DNA from: a virus
Lineage: Duplodnaviria > Caudoviricetes
DNA length: 50,523 nt
IMG/VR virus record: IMGVR_UViG_3300044515_000029
Span: 1-50,523 of that record
Strand: one strand, 5' to 3'
Shown here: positions 36,275-46,489 of the stretch, piece after piece
Layout of the letters: every line of letters starts with the position of its first letter
Position numbering within the stretch: the stretch's first letter is position 1
Made by a program: the position numbers and the translations under genes
Notes under the pieces: generated by a model
Seen by the model: the letters and a program-made list of their open reading frames with translations, nothing else
What the model was told of the DNA's origin: nothing
Databases searched by the model: none

Positions 36275-38107
36275 ATGTTCGAGGCGTACTCAGTTGGCGT
36301 GACATTGCGCCTCCATAATCTGATATCGCCGCAGCTCGCGCTTTTGGCGAAAGAGTTTGAAAGACTCGACCTTCTGACCTCGACCCTAAACAAGTCGTTG
36401 GGCAAAATCGCCGTCGATTCTAGCGCATTTCGCAGCCTGACAACGGCCACGAATGCGACGAACCGCGCACTAGAGCGTGCATCGGTGAGCGCCGCGAACC
36501 TTCACCGGCATTTGTCCGCCGTGCAGTCTGCCGGCGGGGGTGCTGCTGCTGGATTGCTGGCCGGGGCAGGCGGCCGCGGCGCGTCCGGCGGGCGACATAA
36601 TAACGGCGGTTTCCACGGCGGAAACGTCCACATGGGCCCCAGCGGTATCGGAATCGGCTCGGTCGGCCTGGCGGCGGGCGATGCGTTCGTCCCTCTCGCG
36701 ATCACCGCCGGCATGATTTACGCCGGCAAGACGCTGTTTGACTCGGCGAAGGCACTCGACACCGAAAAGCAGCGATTCAAGATGTTCGGGCTTTCCGATG
36801 CTCAGAACAACGAGGCTTTCAGATTCGCGGCCGGGATGCACGTCTACGGCTCGACGCAGACCGAGAACCTTCGCAACTTCCGCGAGGCGCAAGGCGTCTT
36901 TCGCGAGGCGGGGCTTGAGGGTTCCTCGGCGCTTGAGGGCGCGAAACTCGCCGCGCCGATTCTGTCGAGGCTGAATGCGCTTGATGGCGCGCTCGATGAT
37001 GAGGCGGCATCTCACTCGCACGCCTCGAATCTTGCAATGCTGCGCTTTGTGGAGTCTGCCGGCGGCCTCAAGAGTCAGGCGGAATTCAACCGGCTGTCGG
37101 ACTTGGGATACCGGCTTAAGGTCGGTTCCGGCGATACGGTTGACTGGCAACAGTTACAGTCCTTCGCCAAGCGCGGCGGATCTGCCGCGATCAATCTGAC
37201 CGGCGAAGGCTACGCGCGCCTTGAGCCGAGCATTTCCACGCTCGGCGGCAGCACCGCGGGCACGGCTCTCTCTACAGGCTTCGGGCGCTTGCAGGGAATC
37301 ATCAAGGGCCTGCCGGTCTCGGTCATCGACGAGCTTCTCACCAACAAAATTTGGGATCGCTCGAAGGTCGAACTCAACAGCAAGGGCGGGATTGCAAAGT
37401 TTCTCGACCCGCGCGGGCCGCTGACTGGCGCGAACTCCAAGCTTCTCGCAGAGAATCCCGAGCAGTTCTATGAGCAGGTGATTCGCCCGATCTACAACAA
37501 GATGGGCTTGGACGCTGCCGGCATTGTTCGTCAAAACGCATTGATCTATGGCCGCACGGGCGGCGCGCTTGCGAACGAATGGGAAAAGCAACTCGCGACC
37601 GTTGCGCGGGCCGCAGCCGCGTTCAACAAGACAAAGGGAATCGACGACGCCACCAAGCAATTGCCGGACTCGATCACCGGCCAGCAAAAGGAATTTGAGG
37701 CCGCCTGGACTGACTTTAAAACTCAGTTCGGCACGACCGTGCTGCCGTTTTTCTCTGGGATATTGAAAGGCGGCGCGAGCTTCTTCCGCAATATCAACAA
37801 TCCTCAGCATTTTGAGGGCGGCAAGGAAGCCGAGGCGAGCTTTCAACGCAGGCTCACCAGCTCGCAAGGTCGGCGCTGGGTCGAAGACCCAAGCAAGCCA
37901 GGCAGCGGTCATTGGGAGAGCGATTACGTTGCGGGCAAGACCGGCGCACCGATTGTCATCACTCCCGCGCCCGTGATGCTCGATTCGCACAAGGTCGGCT
38001 CTGTGCTGTTCAACACCGCCGGCAAGAACGCGAACGCTCCGCAGACCGGCATAAGCCTTTTTGACAGCCAGCAGGCGCCGTATCCCGCTGGCGGCTTAGG
38101 ATTCTGA
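36275..38107 (+). CDS. Tape measure protein
   Basis: 610 aa, helical A/G-rich, MFEAYSVGVTLRL start; position. Confidence 0.8.
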   Translation: MFEAYSVGVTLRLHNLISPQLALLAKEFERLDLLTSTLNKSLGKIAVDSSAFRSLTTATNATNRALERASVSAANLHRHLSAVQSAGGGAAAGLLAGAGGRGASGGRHNNGGFHGGNVHMGPSGIGIGSVGLAAGDAFVPLAITAGMIYAGKTLFDSAKALDTEKQRFKMFGLSDAQNNEAFRFAAGMHVYGSTQTENLRNFREAQGVFREAGLEGSSALEGAKLAAPILSRLNALDGALDDEAASHSHASNLAMLRFVESAGGLKSQAEFNRLSDLGYRLKVGSGDTVDWQQLQSFAKRGGSAAINLTGEGYARLEPSISTLGGSTAGTALSTGFGRLQGIIKGLPVSVIDELLTNKIWDRSKVELNSKGGIAKFLDPRGPLTGANSKLLAENPEQFYEQVIRPIYNKMGLDAAGIVRQNALIYGRTGGALANEWEKQLATVARAAAAFNKTKGIDDATKQLPDSITGQQKEFEAAWTDFKTQFGTTVLPFFSGILKGGASFFRNINNPQHFEGGKEAEASFQRRLTSSQGRRWVEDPSKPGSGHWESDYVAGKTGAPIVITPAPVMLDSHKVGSVLFNTAGKNANAPQTGISLFDSQQAPYPAGGLGF

Positions 38108-38610
38108 TGTCCGACCTTACGCTTACGCTCGGTAACATCACGTTCACCGGTTTCGAGTTACCAGAGCGCATCCCGTTCGGCGGCGATCAAATGCTCGTCA
38201 CCCACAAGCTCGTGGGCGGACAGCGCACCGTCGACGCGATGGGCCCGGATGAGGCGCCTATTGGGTGGTCCGGATGGATCATCGGGCAAAACGCCGTCGC
38301 GCGTGCGCAGGCGATCGACGCGATGCGCGTCAGCGGCCTCCCGCAGCGGCTCACATGGAGCGGCCTCGACTACCAAGTGGTGGTTCGGTCCTTCCTGCCG
38401 TCCTTCGAGCGCTTCTACCAGATCCCGTACCGGATCGTTCTCGAAGTCATCGCGAACAACACGCAGCCGGTTACGAGCTCTGCAACGCCGCCGATTGATG
38501 AGGCCGTGAATGCCGACAACGTGACGGCCAACACTCTCGCGCAGTCGATCGGTGACCCGGAGCTGAACACGCAAATGGGGAACGTCACCTCCATGATCGC
38601 GGCGGCATAA
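38107..38610 (+). CDS. Tail tube initiator-like protein
   Basis: LTLG..F.GFELPE.IPFGG.Q.L..HKL.GG.R.VDAMG. Confidence 0.7.
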   Translation: MSDLTLTLGNITFTGFELPERIPFGGDQMLVTHKLVGGQRTVDAMGPDEAPIGWSGWIIGQNAVARAQAIDAMRVSGLPQRLTWSGLDYQVVVRSFLPSFERFYQIPYRIVLEVIANNTQPVTSSATPPIDEAVNADNVTANTLAQSIGDPELNTQMGNVTSMIAAA

Positions 38611-39066
38611 ATGGCAATCTCGACCGCATCCACAAGCACCATCAACGCGATCCGGCAGGCCATACAAGCCGCACTGGCGCGCGTTGAGGTTTTGATCGAG
38701 CAAGTGAACGAAGCAATCGGCACGCCGACGACGTTCGGCGGGGTTACTGCCGGAATACCCCCGCAATCGTCCGTTAATGCGTTATTAGCCGCTGGCGCGA
38801 ACATCATGCAGCTATTTAACCTCCTGCAGTTGCAGGCCGTCCTGGGCCGCCTGTCGGCGAACTTGGGATCTGTGAATGCTTCGGCCAGCGTGGTCAATAC
38901 GGCGGGAGGGAACCTGTTTCAGATCGCGCAGGACGAGTATGGCGACGCCACGGACTGGCCGGCTATCGCGGCGGCCAACGGTCTTACGGACCCGTTCATC
39001 CAGGGCAGCGAAACGCTGACCATCCCGCCACAGCCGGGAGATAGCGGCGGCATTCTGTCGGCCTGA
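38611..39066 (+). CDS. LysM-domain baseplate protein
   Basis: GNLFQIA..EYGDATDW.AIA.ANGL.DP. Confidence 0.75.
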   Translation: MAISTASTSTINAIRQAIQAALARVEVLIEQVNEAIGTPTTFGGVTAGIPPQSSVNALLAAGANIMQLFNLLQLQAVLGRLSANLGSVNASASVVNTAGGNLFQIAQDEYGDATDWPAIAAANGLTDPFIQGSETLTIPPQPGDSGGILSA

Positions 39067-39069
39067 CCT

Positions 39070-40221
39070 ATGTCTATCAACACGCTGCCGGTCGTCGCCT
39101 CCGGGCGGCGGCCTCGAGGAATTGTCCAACTCGGCCCCGTGGGTTCGCTGGCATCGGTACCCGGCTGGGTGACATGGTCTGTCAGCAATAATTCGTATTA
39201 CGAGGCCGATACGTTTCGGATCGTGTACTCGACCTCGGCGCTGCCGGCGTCGTTCACTGCGAATGATTTCTCGAATCAGACGGAGATTTTCGCGCAGATT
39301 TTCGGCGGCTTCCCGCAAGACCCGGCGAACCCGCAAGTCTCGGAACTTACGAACCTCATATTCGGCCGCGTCGATGACATCGGCTACAACCCTGTGACGC
39401 GCGAAATCACGCTCACCGGGCGCGACCTGACCGCCGCGTTCATCGATTCGCGCATCGGTTCGCAGTTCAAGAATAAGACATCGAGCCAGATCGCGACGCA
39501 GCTTGCACAGTCTCACGGGCTGGACACATCTAACATCACGCCGACCAAGACTCTAGCCGGCACCTACTACACGCGCGATCAGGTGCAGCTCGCATCGAAC
39601 CGCAGCGAATGGGACTTGCTCTCATTCCTGGCGCGCGAGGAAGGATTCGTTGTTTTCGTTTCAGGCAATTCGCTATTTTTCCAGCCTGACCCGCGTCCGA
39701 CCGGCGCGGCCAACCCGTATGTGATCGACTGGAAACAGCCGAACAACCAGAACGGCTCGCCGGTATCGAATGTCACTGATTTGAATTTTGGGCGCAGCCT
39801 CACGGTTGCAAAGGGGATATCGGTTACGGCGCGAAGCCCGAACCTTGTGACTGGTCGCGCGGTTGTGCAGTCGTATCCCTCGACGCCGAAGGAAATCGGC
39901 GCCGGAAAGTCCTCGCCGTTCGGGGCGACGCAACAGTATTTCTTCACGATGGCGGCCGGCAAGACGCCGACCGAAGTAGCCGCCTTCGCGCAGAAGACTT
40001 ACGAGAACATCATCTCGCATGAGATGAAGATGACGGCCTCCATGCCGGCGGATGACATCTTGAGCATATCTACGCCGGTACAGGTGCAAGGCACCGGCAC
40101 CGCGTTCGATCAGCTTTACTTTCCGCGCCTGGTCACGCGGGAAATGGGCGCCCAGGACGAAGGCTACCGCATGACGGTCGAGGCGCAGAACACGAGCCCG
40201 AGCGAGAGCCCAGACCAATGA
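39070..40221 (+). CDS. Baseplate hub (gpD/gp44-like)
   Basis: ITLTGRDLT..FID, SEWDLL.FLAREEG. Confidence 0.8.
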   Translation: MSINTLPVVASGRRPRGIVQLGPVGSLASVPGWVTWSVSNNSYYEADTFRIVYSTSALPASFTANDFSNQTEIFAQIFGGFPQDPANPQVSELTNLIFGRVDDIGYNPVTREITLTGRDLTAAFIDSRIGSQFKNKTSSQIATQLAQSHGLDTSNITPTKTLAGTYYTRDQVQLASNRSEWDLLSFLAREEGFVVFVSGNSLFFQPDPRPTGAANPYVIDWKQPNNQNGSPVSNVTDLNFGRSLTVAKGISVTARSPNLVTGRAVVQSYPSTPKEIGAGKSSPFGATQQYFFTMAAGKTPTEVAAFAQKTYENIISHEMKMTASMPADDILSISTPVQVQGTGTAFDQLYFPRLVTREMGAQDEGYRMTVEAQNTSPSESPDQ

Positions 40222-40820
40222 TGAAGGTATTACTAAACGCGGTGCGCTTGCAGGTTCAGCGCGCGATGTCCTCTATTGTCACGAGTCGGCCAGGTTCAAT
40301 AAAGAGCTTTGACCCTAACACCATGACGGCAGTCGTGGAGCTGCAGCCGGACGGCGACTTGACCGGCTGGCTACCTGTTGCCTCGGCCTGGATCGGCAAC
40401 GGGTGGGGAATGTTCGCGCCCCCAAACATAGACGACCTCGTCGACGTCGTGTTCATCAACGGCGACATCAATGCGGGCGTCATCGAGGGGAGATTTTACA
40501 ACCAGCAGAATAAGCCGCTCGCGGTCCAGTCCGGCGAATTCTGGCTCGTGCATGAGAGTGGCGCTTTTTTCAAGCTGCTCAATTCGGGCGCGCTCACGAT
40601 CTCTGACGGGCAGGGAGCGACAGTCACGCTCGACGGCAGCGGCAACATCGCCAGCAAAGGCGCATGGACGCACAACGGAACGATGCACATCACCGATAAC
40701 GTGCAGGTCGACAAGACGCTGACCGCGAATACCGATGTCGTCGGCGGTGGAAAGAGCCTCAAGACTCACGTCCATAGCGGCGTGCAGACAGGCGGCGGAA
40801 ATTCCGGGCCGCCGGTTTAA
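40218..40820 (+). CDS. Baseplate spike (gpV-like)
   Basis: TGWLP, C-terminal SLKTHVHSGVQTG metal-binding tip. Confidence 0.9.
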   Translation: MMKVLLNAVRLQVQRAMSSIVTSRPGSIKSFDPNTMTAVVELQPDGDLTGWLPVASAWIGNGWGMFAPPNIDDLVDVVFINGDINAGVIEGRFYNQQNKPLAVQSGEFWLVHESGAFFKLLNSGALTISDGQGATVTLDGSGNIASKGAWTHNGTMHITDNVQVDKTLTANTDVVGGGKSLKTHVHSGVQTGGGNSGPPV

Positions 40821-40830
40821 GAGGTAGAGC

Positions 40831-41208
40831 ATGGGAACCTTGAACGACATCGCTCATTTTTGGGGCGGCGATCTGTCTGTCTCATCGACCGGCGATCTCG
40901 CGCTAGCAAGCGGCCTGCCGCGCAGCCAGCAGCGCATTCTGCGCCGGCTCAACACGAACCCCGGCTCTTACATCGGGCAGAAGAACTATGGCGCCGGGCT
41001 CCCGCAGTTCATTGGTGAGAACGCCGACCCGGCAGAAATTGCGGCCGTAACGAAAGGGCAGATCCTCTTGGAAGACAGCGTTGCGCCATCACCGCCGCCG
41101 GTCGTCACCGTGAACCAGGCGGGGCCGAACGCGATTACAGAATCTATCCAATACACCGACCAGCCGAGCAACGCGCCGACCGTGCTTGCCTTCACCGTGG
41201 GTAACTAA
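40831..41208 (+). CDS. Baseplate gp25/W-like protein
   Basis: GDL...QQRILRRL.TNPG.Y....YGAGL..FIG. Confidence 0.8.
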   Translation: MGTLNDIAHFWGGDLSVSSTGDLALASGLPRSQQRILRRLNTNPGSYIGQKNYGAGLPQFIGENADPAEIAAVTKGQILLEDSVAPSPPPVVTVNQAGPNAITESIQYTDQPSNAPTVLAFTVGN

Positions 41209-42327
41209 ATGGCGGTTTCGACCAACACATTCTCGCAGTTCGTGCAGAACTCGGTCGCGGCGATTCAGGGAATGGCCTCGCAGCTTCTCGACCTTACCGT
41301 GGGTTCGGTGCTGCGCTCGTTTGTGGACGCATACTCGCTGCTCGCGCTCTGGCTGCAGGCGGAAATACTGCAAGTCGCGGCGCTCACGCGCTTTGCAACG
41401 AGCTTCGGTGCTGACGCGGATAGCTGGGGAGCGCAATTCGGCTTTGATCGAGAGGATGGAAATCCTGCGTCAGGAACGGTTACCTTTTCTCGCTTCACGC
41501 CGACAGCGCAGGCGACCGTCGCCGTCGGTACCGTCGTGCAGACGCAGACCGGCGTGCAATACGGCGTCATTGCCGACACGACGCAGCCGTCGTTCAACGC
41601 GACGCTCAATGCCTACGTGCTCCCGGCCTCGACCTCGAGTATCACCGCGACCGTTGAGGCCCTTGTGTCAGGCGCCTCTGGCAATGCCATCGCCGGCTTT
41701 ATCAACGTTCTCGGCTCGTCGATTCCTGGCGTCGATACGGTCACGAATGCCGCGGCGTTCCAGAACGGAAACGATCCGCAAACCGACGAGGAATATAAGG
41801 CCGGGTTTCCTGGCTTCCTGCAGTCGCTTTCAAAGGGCACGCCCGCCGCTATTGCGTTTGCCATTCAACAACTCGGCGAAAACGTCGATTTTACCTACAC
41901 CGAAAATGAGAACCGCGACGGGACATTCAACCCCGGCTTCTTCTTCGTGATCGCAGACGATGGCACGGGAAACCCATCCTCGGGATTCCTTGCGACCGTC
42001 GGCGCCGCAATCGAGGCGGTGAGAGGGGATAGCATCACTTTCGCGGTATTCCCGCCGACGATTGTTACCGCAAATGTCGCGATGGTCATCACGACTGACG
42101 GCAGCGTTGTGCACGCGGCCGCGGTTGCCGCCGTTGAGGCCGCGATCGAAGCGTTCATAAATGCGCTACCTATCGGCGCGACGTTGCCATTCAACATCCT
42201 GCCGAGCATCGCCTTCGGCGTGCAGGGGGTGACGAATGCCACCGGAATCACGCTCAACGGCGGAACCGCTGACATCAACACGACCGCGCAGCAGATTATA
42301 AAGGCCGGAACAGTAGCGGTATCCTGA
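41209..42327 (+). CDS. Baseplate J-like protein
   Basis: GSVLRS, ASGTVTFSR, VEA..SG.SGN, G.D.QTD.EY. Confidence 0.9.
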   Translation: MAVSTNTFSQFVQNSVAAIQGMASQLLDLTVGSVLRSFVDAYSLLALWLQAEILQVAALTRFATSFGADADSWGAQFGFDREDGNPASGTVTFSRFTPTAQATVAVGTVVQTQTGVQYGVIADTTQPSFNATLNAYVLPASTSSITATVEALVSGASGNAIAGFINVLGSSIPGVDTVTNAAAFQNGNDPQTDEEYKAGFPGFLQSLSKGTPAAIAFAIQQLGENVDFTYTENENRDGTFNPGFFFVIADDGTGNPSSGFLATVGAAIEAVRGDSITFAVFPPTIVTANVAMVITTDGSVVHAAAVAAVEAAIEAFINALPIGATLPFNILPSIAFGVQGVTNATGITLNGGTADINTTAQQIIKAGTVAVS

Positions 42328-42328
42328 T

Positions 42329-43240
42329 ATGGCAACGGGCGATCAGTCTGACATTCTGAACCGTTTGCAGCGGCTCATGCCGCCGGGGTGGTTTGCGCCT
42401 GGACAGACGCCGATCCGCGACGCGCTGCTGACCGGCATCGCTAACGCTCTGGCGTTCGTTTTCTCGCTGTTCACTTACCTGAAATTGCAGACGCGCATCG
42501 CGACCGCGACCGATGGGTTCTTGGACCTGATCGCATTCGATTACTTCGGAAACTCTCTGCGGCGCCTGCCGAATCAAAGCGACGCGAGCTATCAATCGAG
42601 AATTCAGTCGTCTCTATTGCCGCTGCGAAATACGCGACAGGCGATCATCAACGCCGTGGCTCTCGTCACCGGACGGCCGCCGATAGTGTTCGAGCCTCGG
42701 CGTCCCCTCGATACCGGCGTTTATAACGGCCCAGGACTTGCGTATAGCGCAGTCGGCGGGTACGGCTCTCTTGCCTATCCATATCAGTCATTTGTGACCG
42801 CATTCCGGCCCGCCGGCACTGGAATACCGAACGTTGCCGGCTACGGCATCTCGACCGGCGCTTATAACACCGGCTCGCAAGCCGAGTATGCGACTGCAGA
42901 ATTCACCAGCGGCGTGAACGATGACGACATCTACGCGGCGATAAACAGCGTCAGACTGGGCGGAACGATCGTATGGACGCGCATCATCAGCAGCTTGGCA
43001 GAGCTGAACGCTGGCAACGTCATCGACAACGGCATCCCGGCGCTTGTTGGCGCCGCCTCTGATGTCTCTGTTGCGTTCGGCAATCTGACCGGCGGCAGGG
43101 CTCAACTAAGCGGCGCTGCGACGGATACGACCACGGCCACCGCCGATCTCATCGCCGGAAGGTTCCCATTGATCGCAGGTTACGGCGTGCCACAGGGCGC
43201 CTATAACACGCCGTCGCGCGCAGCTTACGGCCCGCTTTAG
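42329..43240 (+). CDS. Baseplate wedge (I-like) with C-terminal repeat insertion
   Basis: QTRIATAT..FLDLIA.DYFG..L.R...SD.SY..RI. Confidence 0.8.
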   Translation: MATGDQSDILNRLQRLMPPGWFAPGQTPIRDALLTGIANALAFVFSLFTYLKLQTRIATATDGFLDLIAFDYFGNSLRRLPNQSDASYQSRIQSSLLPLRNTRQAIINAVALVTGRPPIVFEPRRPLDTGVYNGPGLAYSAVGGYGSLAYPYQSFVTAFRPAGTGIPNVAGYGISTGAYNTGSQAEYATAEFTSGVNDDDIYAAINSVRLGGTIVWTRIISSLAELNAGNVIDNGIPALVGAASDVSVAFGNLTGGRAQLSGAATDTTTATADLIAGRFPLIAGYGVPQGAYNTPSRAAYGPL

Positions 43241-43263
43241 TTCACTGATTTAGGCAAACAACG

Positions 43264-43286
43264 ACCCCGCTCAATGCGGGGTTTTT
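43264..43286 (+). terminator. Intrinsic terminator
   Basis: ACCCCGC-TCAAT-GCGGGGT-TTTT. Confidence 0.75.
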
Positions 43287-43303
43287 CATTTCTGGAGGCC
43301 CCT

Positions 43304-44308
43304 TTGGATAGGCAAATAGTTTACCCGTCGGCGATCCCGCAAGACTCGGACATCCTGAGCACGAATAGAAATATGTTCGTCGGCTTGGGCTATGCGTTGC
43401 TGGACATCCTTGGCAGCAACCTTTGCGTGGCGGGACTGCCGTGCACTCAGACCGTTGTGCCATCGCTTGCCGTGCTGATAGGCCCTGGCCGCATCTACGG
43501 CGTGCAGAACGTCGACAGCACGGCATATGGGTCTCTACCCGCCGACACGACCGACCAGATTATGAAACAGGGAATTCAAACCGGCTCCGTGACGCTCGCG
43601 ACTCCAGCGCCTGGCACCGTCGGCCAGTCGATAAATTATCTGGTGCAAGCCGCGTACACGGATAGCGACGCGACGCCGGTCGTCCTGCCTTACTACAACG
43701 CGTCGAATCCGGCGGTCCCTTTCTCAGGGCCAGGAAATAGCGGCACGCCGCAGAACACACAGCGCAGGGGCGTAATAAACCTGCAAGTTAAGGCAGGGGT
43801 AGCGGCTGCGACTGGCACGCAGACGACTCCAGCGGCTGACCCTGGGTTTGTCGGCATCTATATCGTCACCGTCGCCAACGGGCAGGCGAATGTGACGGCC
43901 GGAAACATAACGACGACTCCTTTCGCGCCGATAATTGGCCTCTCGCTCGGATCCTCGTCCGTCAACATCGTCAACGCAAACGGCGGCTGGTCAATTCACG
44001 CGCCCGTCGGCGGTGTATCGACTCTCTCGCTACAGGGAAACGGCGCGACATTTGGCGTGAACGACTTTCTCATCCAGCAGAATGCGGCCGGCGTCGTTCA
44101 CATCAACCAGAACGCAAATGCGCCGATGACTTTCGCAGGCTTCGGGAACGTCCAAACTCTGCAGCTTATCGTCGGCGGAATGGGGTTTAACGGAACGAAT
44201 GCCATCGCCAAGCCGACGGTGAGCGGCAGCAAGGCGGGAAATGCTGCGCTTACCAGCCTGATGAGCGCGCTATCGAGCTACGGCCTGGTGACGGATACCA
44301 CGACATGA
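43304..44308 (+). CDS. Tail fibre protein
   Basis: GGAGG SD with TTG start; MDRQIVYP baseplate-anchor N-terminus; C-terminal KPTVSGSK.GNAAL.SL.SAL..YGLV.D. Confidence 0.75.
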   Translation: MDRQIVYPSAIPQDSDILSTNRNMFVGLGYALLDILGSNLCVAGLPCTQTVVPSLAVLIGPGRIYGVQNVDSTAYGSLPADTTDQIMKQGIQTGSVTLATPAPGTVGQSINYLVQAAYTDSDATPVVLPYYNASNPAVPFSGPGNSGTPQNTQRRGVINLQVKAGVAAATGTQTTPAADPGFVGIYIVTVANGQANVTAGNITTTPFAPIIGLSLGSSSVNIVNANGGWSIHAPVGGVSTLSLQGNGATFGVNDFLIQQNAAGVVHINQNANAPMTFAGFGNVQTLQLIVGGMGFNGTNAIAKPTVSGSKAGNAALTSLMSALSSYGLVTDTTT

Positions 44309-44478
44309 TGCAAGCGGCTGTTATCACCGTAACCGAGCAGCAATGGATCGTGCTGCAGAAGGGGCTCGGGAAATTAGTCATGGATGACGCGCTGCCGGTA
44401 CTGCAGGCGCTTCAAGCACAAATCAACGAGCAGATTGCCGCACACCAGATGTTGGCAAAAGGGAATCCGCAAGCATGA
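44305..44478 (+). CDS. Small helical protein after fibre (chaperone-like, not in ORF track)
   Basis: MMQAAVITVTEQQWIVLQKGLGKL...LQAQINEQ; ATGA overlaps. Confidence 0.55.
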   Translation: MMQAAVITVTEQQWIVLQKGLGKLVMDDALPVLQALQAQINEQIAAHQMLAKGNPQA

Positions 44479-44879
44479 AAACATTCGGCTACATCGCGCT
44501 TTTTACTCTGATCCAGATCGTCTCCCTCGTGCTGACCGTCGTCGGTTTTTTCCTGATCGGTTTCCTCGCGTATTTCTACGCCTGGCAGCTCGTCGCGGCG
44601 AAGTTCCAATGGCGCGGCGGCTTGCTCACGTGGCTATGGAGCAATGAAGAGGACGGCATCGTCGGCCCAGGCATGGCGCTCAATCGGTGGAATGCCTTTT
44701 ATTGGTCAGCGCTGCGAAACCCATGCAACAACCTGCGATTCGTTCCCGGCGTCTCGGGAGTAGGGCGGCCGCTGCTGTATCGAACATGGACGATGTTCGG
44801 AAAGCAGTTTTATCTGAAATGGGGATGGATGTCTGACGGGTATCCCGCGTTTTCGGCCGGCGCCGGGCGGGGGTTTTAA
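44475..44879 (+). CDS. Membrane protein
   Basis: N-terminal TM; WLWSNEEDGI, WSALRNPCNN. Confidence 0.7.
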   Translation: MKTFGYIALFTLIQIVSLVLTVVGFFLIGFLAYFYAWQLVAAKFQWRGGLLTWLWSNEEDGIVGPGMALNRWNAFYWSALRNPCNNLRFVPGVSGVGRPLLYRTWTMFGKQFYLKWGWMSDGYPAFSAGAGRGF

Positions 44880-44881
44880 GG

Positions 44882-45043
44882 ATGAACAACAAAGTGGCGA
44901 ACTCGGGAATCGTATTTAGCTGGCTGGCGTGGTTCATGGCGCACATCGAGCAGATCAACGCGGTACTGCAATTTATCGCGCTGGTGTTCGCAATCGTCGC
45001 GAGCGCGGTCGCGATCCGCTACCACTCGAAAAAAACAAAGTGA
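44882..45043 (+). CDS. Putative holin (53 aa, not in ORF track)
   Basis: Hydrophobic segments and basic C-terminus RYHSKKTK; GTGA overlap with endolysin. Confidence 0.65.
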   Translation: MNNKVANSGIVFSWLAWFMAHIEQINAVLQFIALVFAIVASAVAIRYHSKKTK

Positions 45044-45480
45044 GCGACGCATGGAAGTCTGGCGGCGGCCAATGGCTGCCGCTGCTCGCTGCTGCGGAGG
45101 TGAAACATGGCATCCCGACCGATCTGCTCGCTCGAATCGCTTTCCAGGAATCGAGTTTTCGACCCGGTGTCATTTCTGGCGCAGTCAAGTCAAAGCCGGG
45201 CGCCGTGGGCATTATGCAATTGCTGCCTAAATATTTTCCTGGTGCCGGCGTCAGCCCTGCAGCCGATATCAATACGGCCGCCGCGTTCCTAGCGAGCCTC
45301 TATCGGACCTTCAAGGACTGGCAGGAAAGCGTCGCTGCCTACAACTGGGGCGCTGGCAACGAGCATCACTCATACGTCGAGCATGGCAGCTACGTCCTGG
45401 CTGACATGCCCACCGAAACACAAAATTATGTACGGAACGTCTTCGCAGACGTCCCCATTCAAGGAGCGTTACTCACATGA
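45040..45480 (+). CDS. Endolysin, SLT lytic transglycosylase
   Basis: IAFQESSF, GAVGIMQL, AAYNWG.G, ETQNYV. Confidence 0.9.
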   Translation: MSDAWKSGGGQWLPLLAAAEVKHGIPTDLLARIAFQESSFRPGVISGAVKSKPGAVGIMQLLPKYFPGAGVSPAADINTAAAFLASLYRTFKDWQESVAAYNWGAGNEHHSYVEHGSYVLADMPTETQNYVRNVFADVPIQGALLT

Positions 45481-46016
45481 ATTTGACCACGATCGGCACG
45501 GTTGCAAAGCAGATACTCGGCACTGTCGCGCCCACCATCCTGACGGCAATCGGCGGGCCCTTCGGTGCGCTCGCGGCGGCTGTGCTACACGCTGCCCTCG
45601 GAACCACGGGAACCGATGCCCAGGTAGATACCGCGCTGACCGGCGCGACTCAAGACACGCTGCTTAAGGTCAAACAGGCCGAACTCGACCTACAGGGCAA
45701 GCTCGCAGAGCTTGGCGTGCAAAAAGAGCAGCTACAGTTGGCCGACGTCGCCAGCGCTCGCAGCATGGAGACGGCGACGAAGAGCAGCACGCCGACGGTG
45801 CTGTCTTACTTCGTGCTTGCGGCCTCGATGGCCGCGTTCCTGGGCGTAGTCGGCGGATGGGTCAAGATTCCGGCCGATTCACAGACGGCCCTTATTTACG
45901 GATCCGTGCTGACCTACCTCGTCACCGAATCAAAGGCGGTGCTTGCGTATTGGTTCGGATCGAGCCAGGGCAGTCAGGCGAAGGACGCGACGATCGCGGA
46001 TATGGCGAAGTCGTGA
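45477..46016 (+). CDS. Holin-like membrane protein
   Basis: VAPTI.TAIGGP, D.ASAR.M, two TMs, YWFGSS.GS..K. Confidence 0.7.
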   Translation: MNLTTIGTVAKQILGTVAPTILTAIGGPFGALAAAVLHAALGTTGTDAQVDTALTGATQDTLLKVKQAELDLQGKLAELGVQKEQLQLADVASARSMETATKSSTPTVLSYFVLAASMAAFLGVVGGWVKIPADSQTALIYGSVLTYLVTESKAVLAYWFGSSQGSQAKDATIADMAKS

Positions 46017-46108
46017 TAATCGCCCTCAAGATCATTGCCGGCGCGGTCATCGGCCTAATTGTGGCCATTGTGATCCTCGCGTGTTTTTTCACGGACTACA
46101 GTAAATGA
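46013..46108 (+). CDS. 31-aa single-TM peptide
   Basis: MIIALKIIAGAVIGLIVAIVILACFFTDYSK; overlaps both neighbours. Confidence 0.45.
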   Translation: MIIALKIIAGAVIGLIVAIVILACFFTDYSK

Positions 46109-46434
46109 ACCTGTTCGGCTGGCTCGTGCGAACAGATCAGCGAATTCTCGATTCTCTCAACTCACTCAACGAAAAGGTAGGAAAAATGTCCAAGACCGTA
46201 GCCGATGTCGAAGCCGCGATTGCCGACTTGAAGGCGACCGCGCAAACCACCGCGACCGATGTCACGGCGAAGCTCACCGATCTGGAAGCGCAGATCGCCG
46301 CGCTCCAGGGCCAGGCATCGCCCGACTTCACGCAAGTGCTGGCCGATCTGGCGGCCGTCAAAACGATCGTTGCGGGCACCGACCCCGGCGCACCCGCCGC
46401 GCCTCCCGCCGATCCGTCCGCGCAGTCAGCCTAA
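46105..46434 (+). CDS. Coiled-coil protein
   Basis: Heptad-rich; possible second start at 46186. Confidence 0.6.
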   Translation: MNLFGWLVRTDQRILDSLNSLNEKVGKMSKTVADVEAAIADLKATAQTTATDVTAKLTDLEAQIAALQGQASPDFTQVLADLAAVKTIVAGTDPGAPAAPPADPSAQSA

Positions 46435-46489
46435 AGGCGCAACGCCCCCGACAAGGATGTCAGGGGCTTGTCAATCAGGTCTTTAACGG

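Noticed and set aside
43304-44308. Diversity-generating retroelement or invertible fibre cassette
   Set aside because: No reverse transcriptase, invertase or template/variable repeat pair seen
44929-45039. N-terminal extension of the endolysin
   Set aside because: Overlaps the holin-like ORF in another frame
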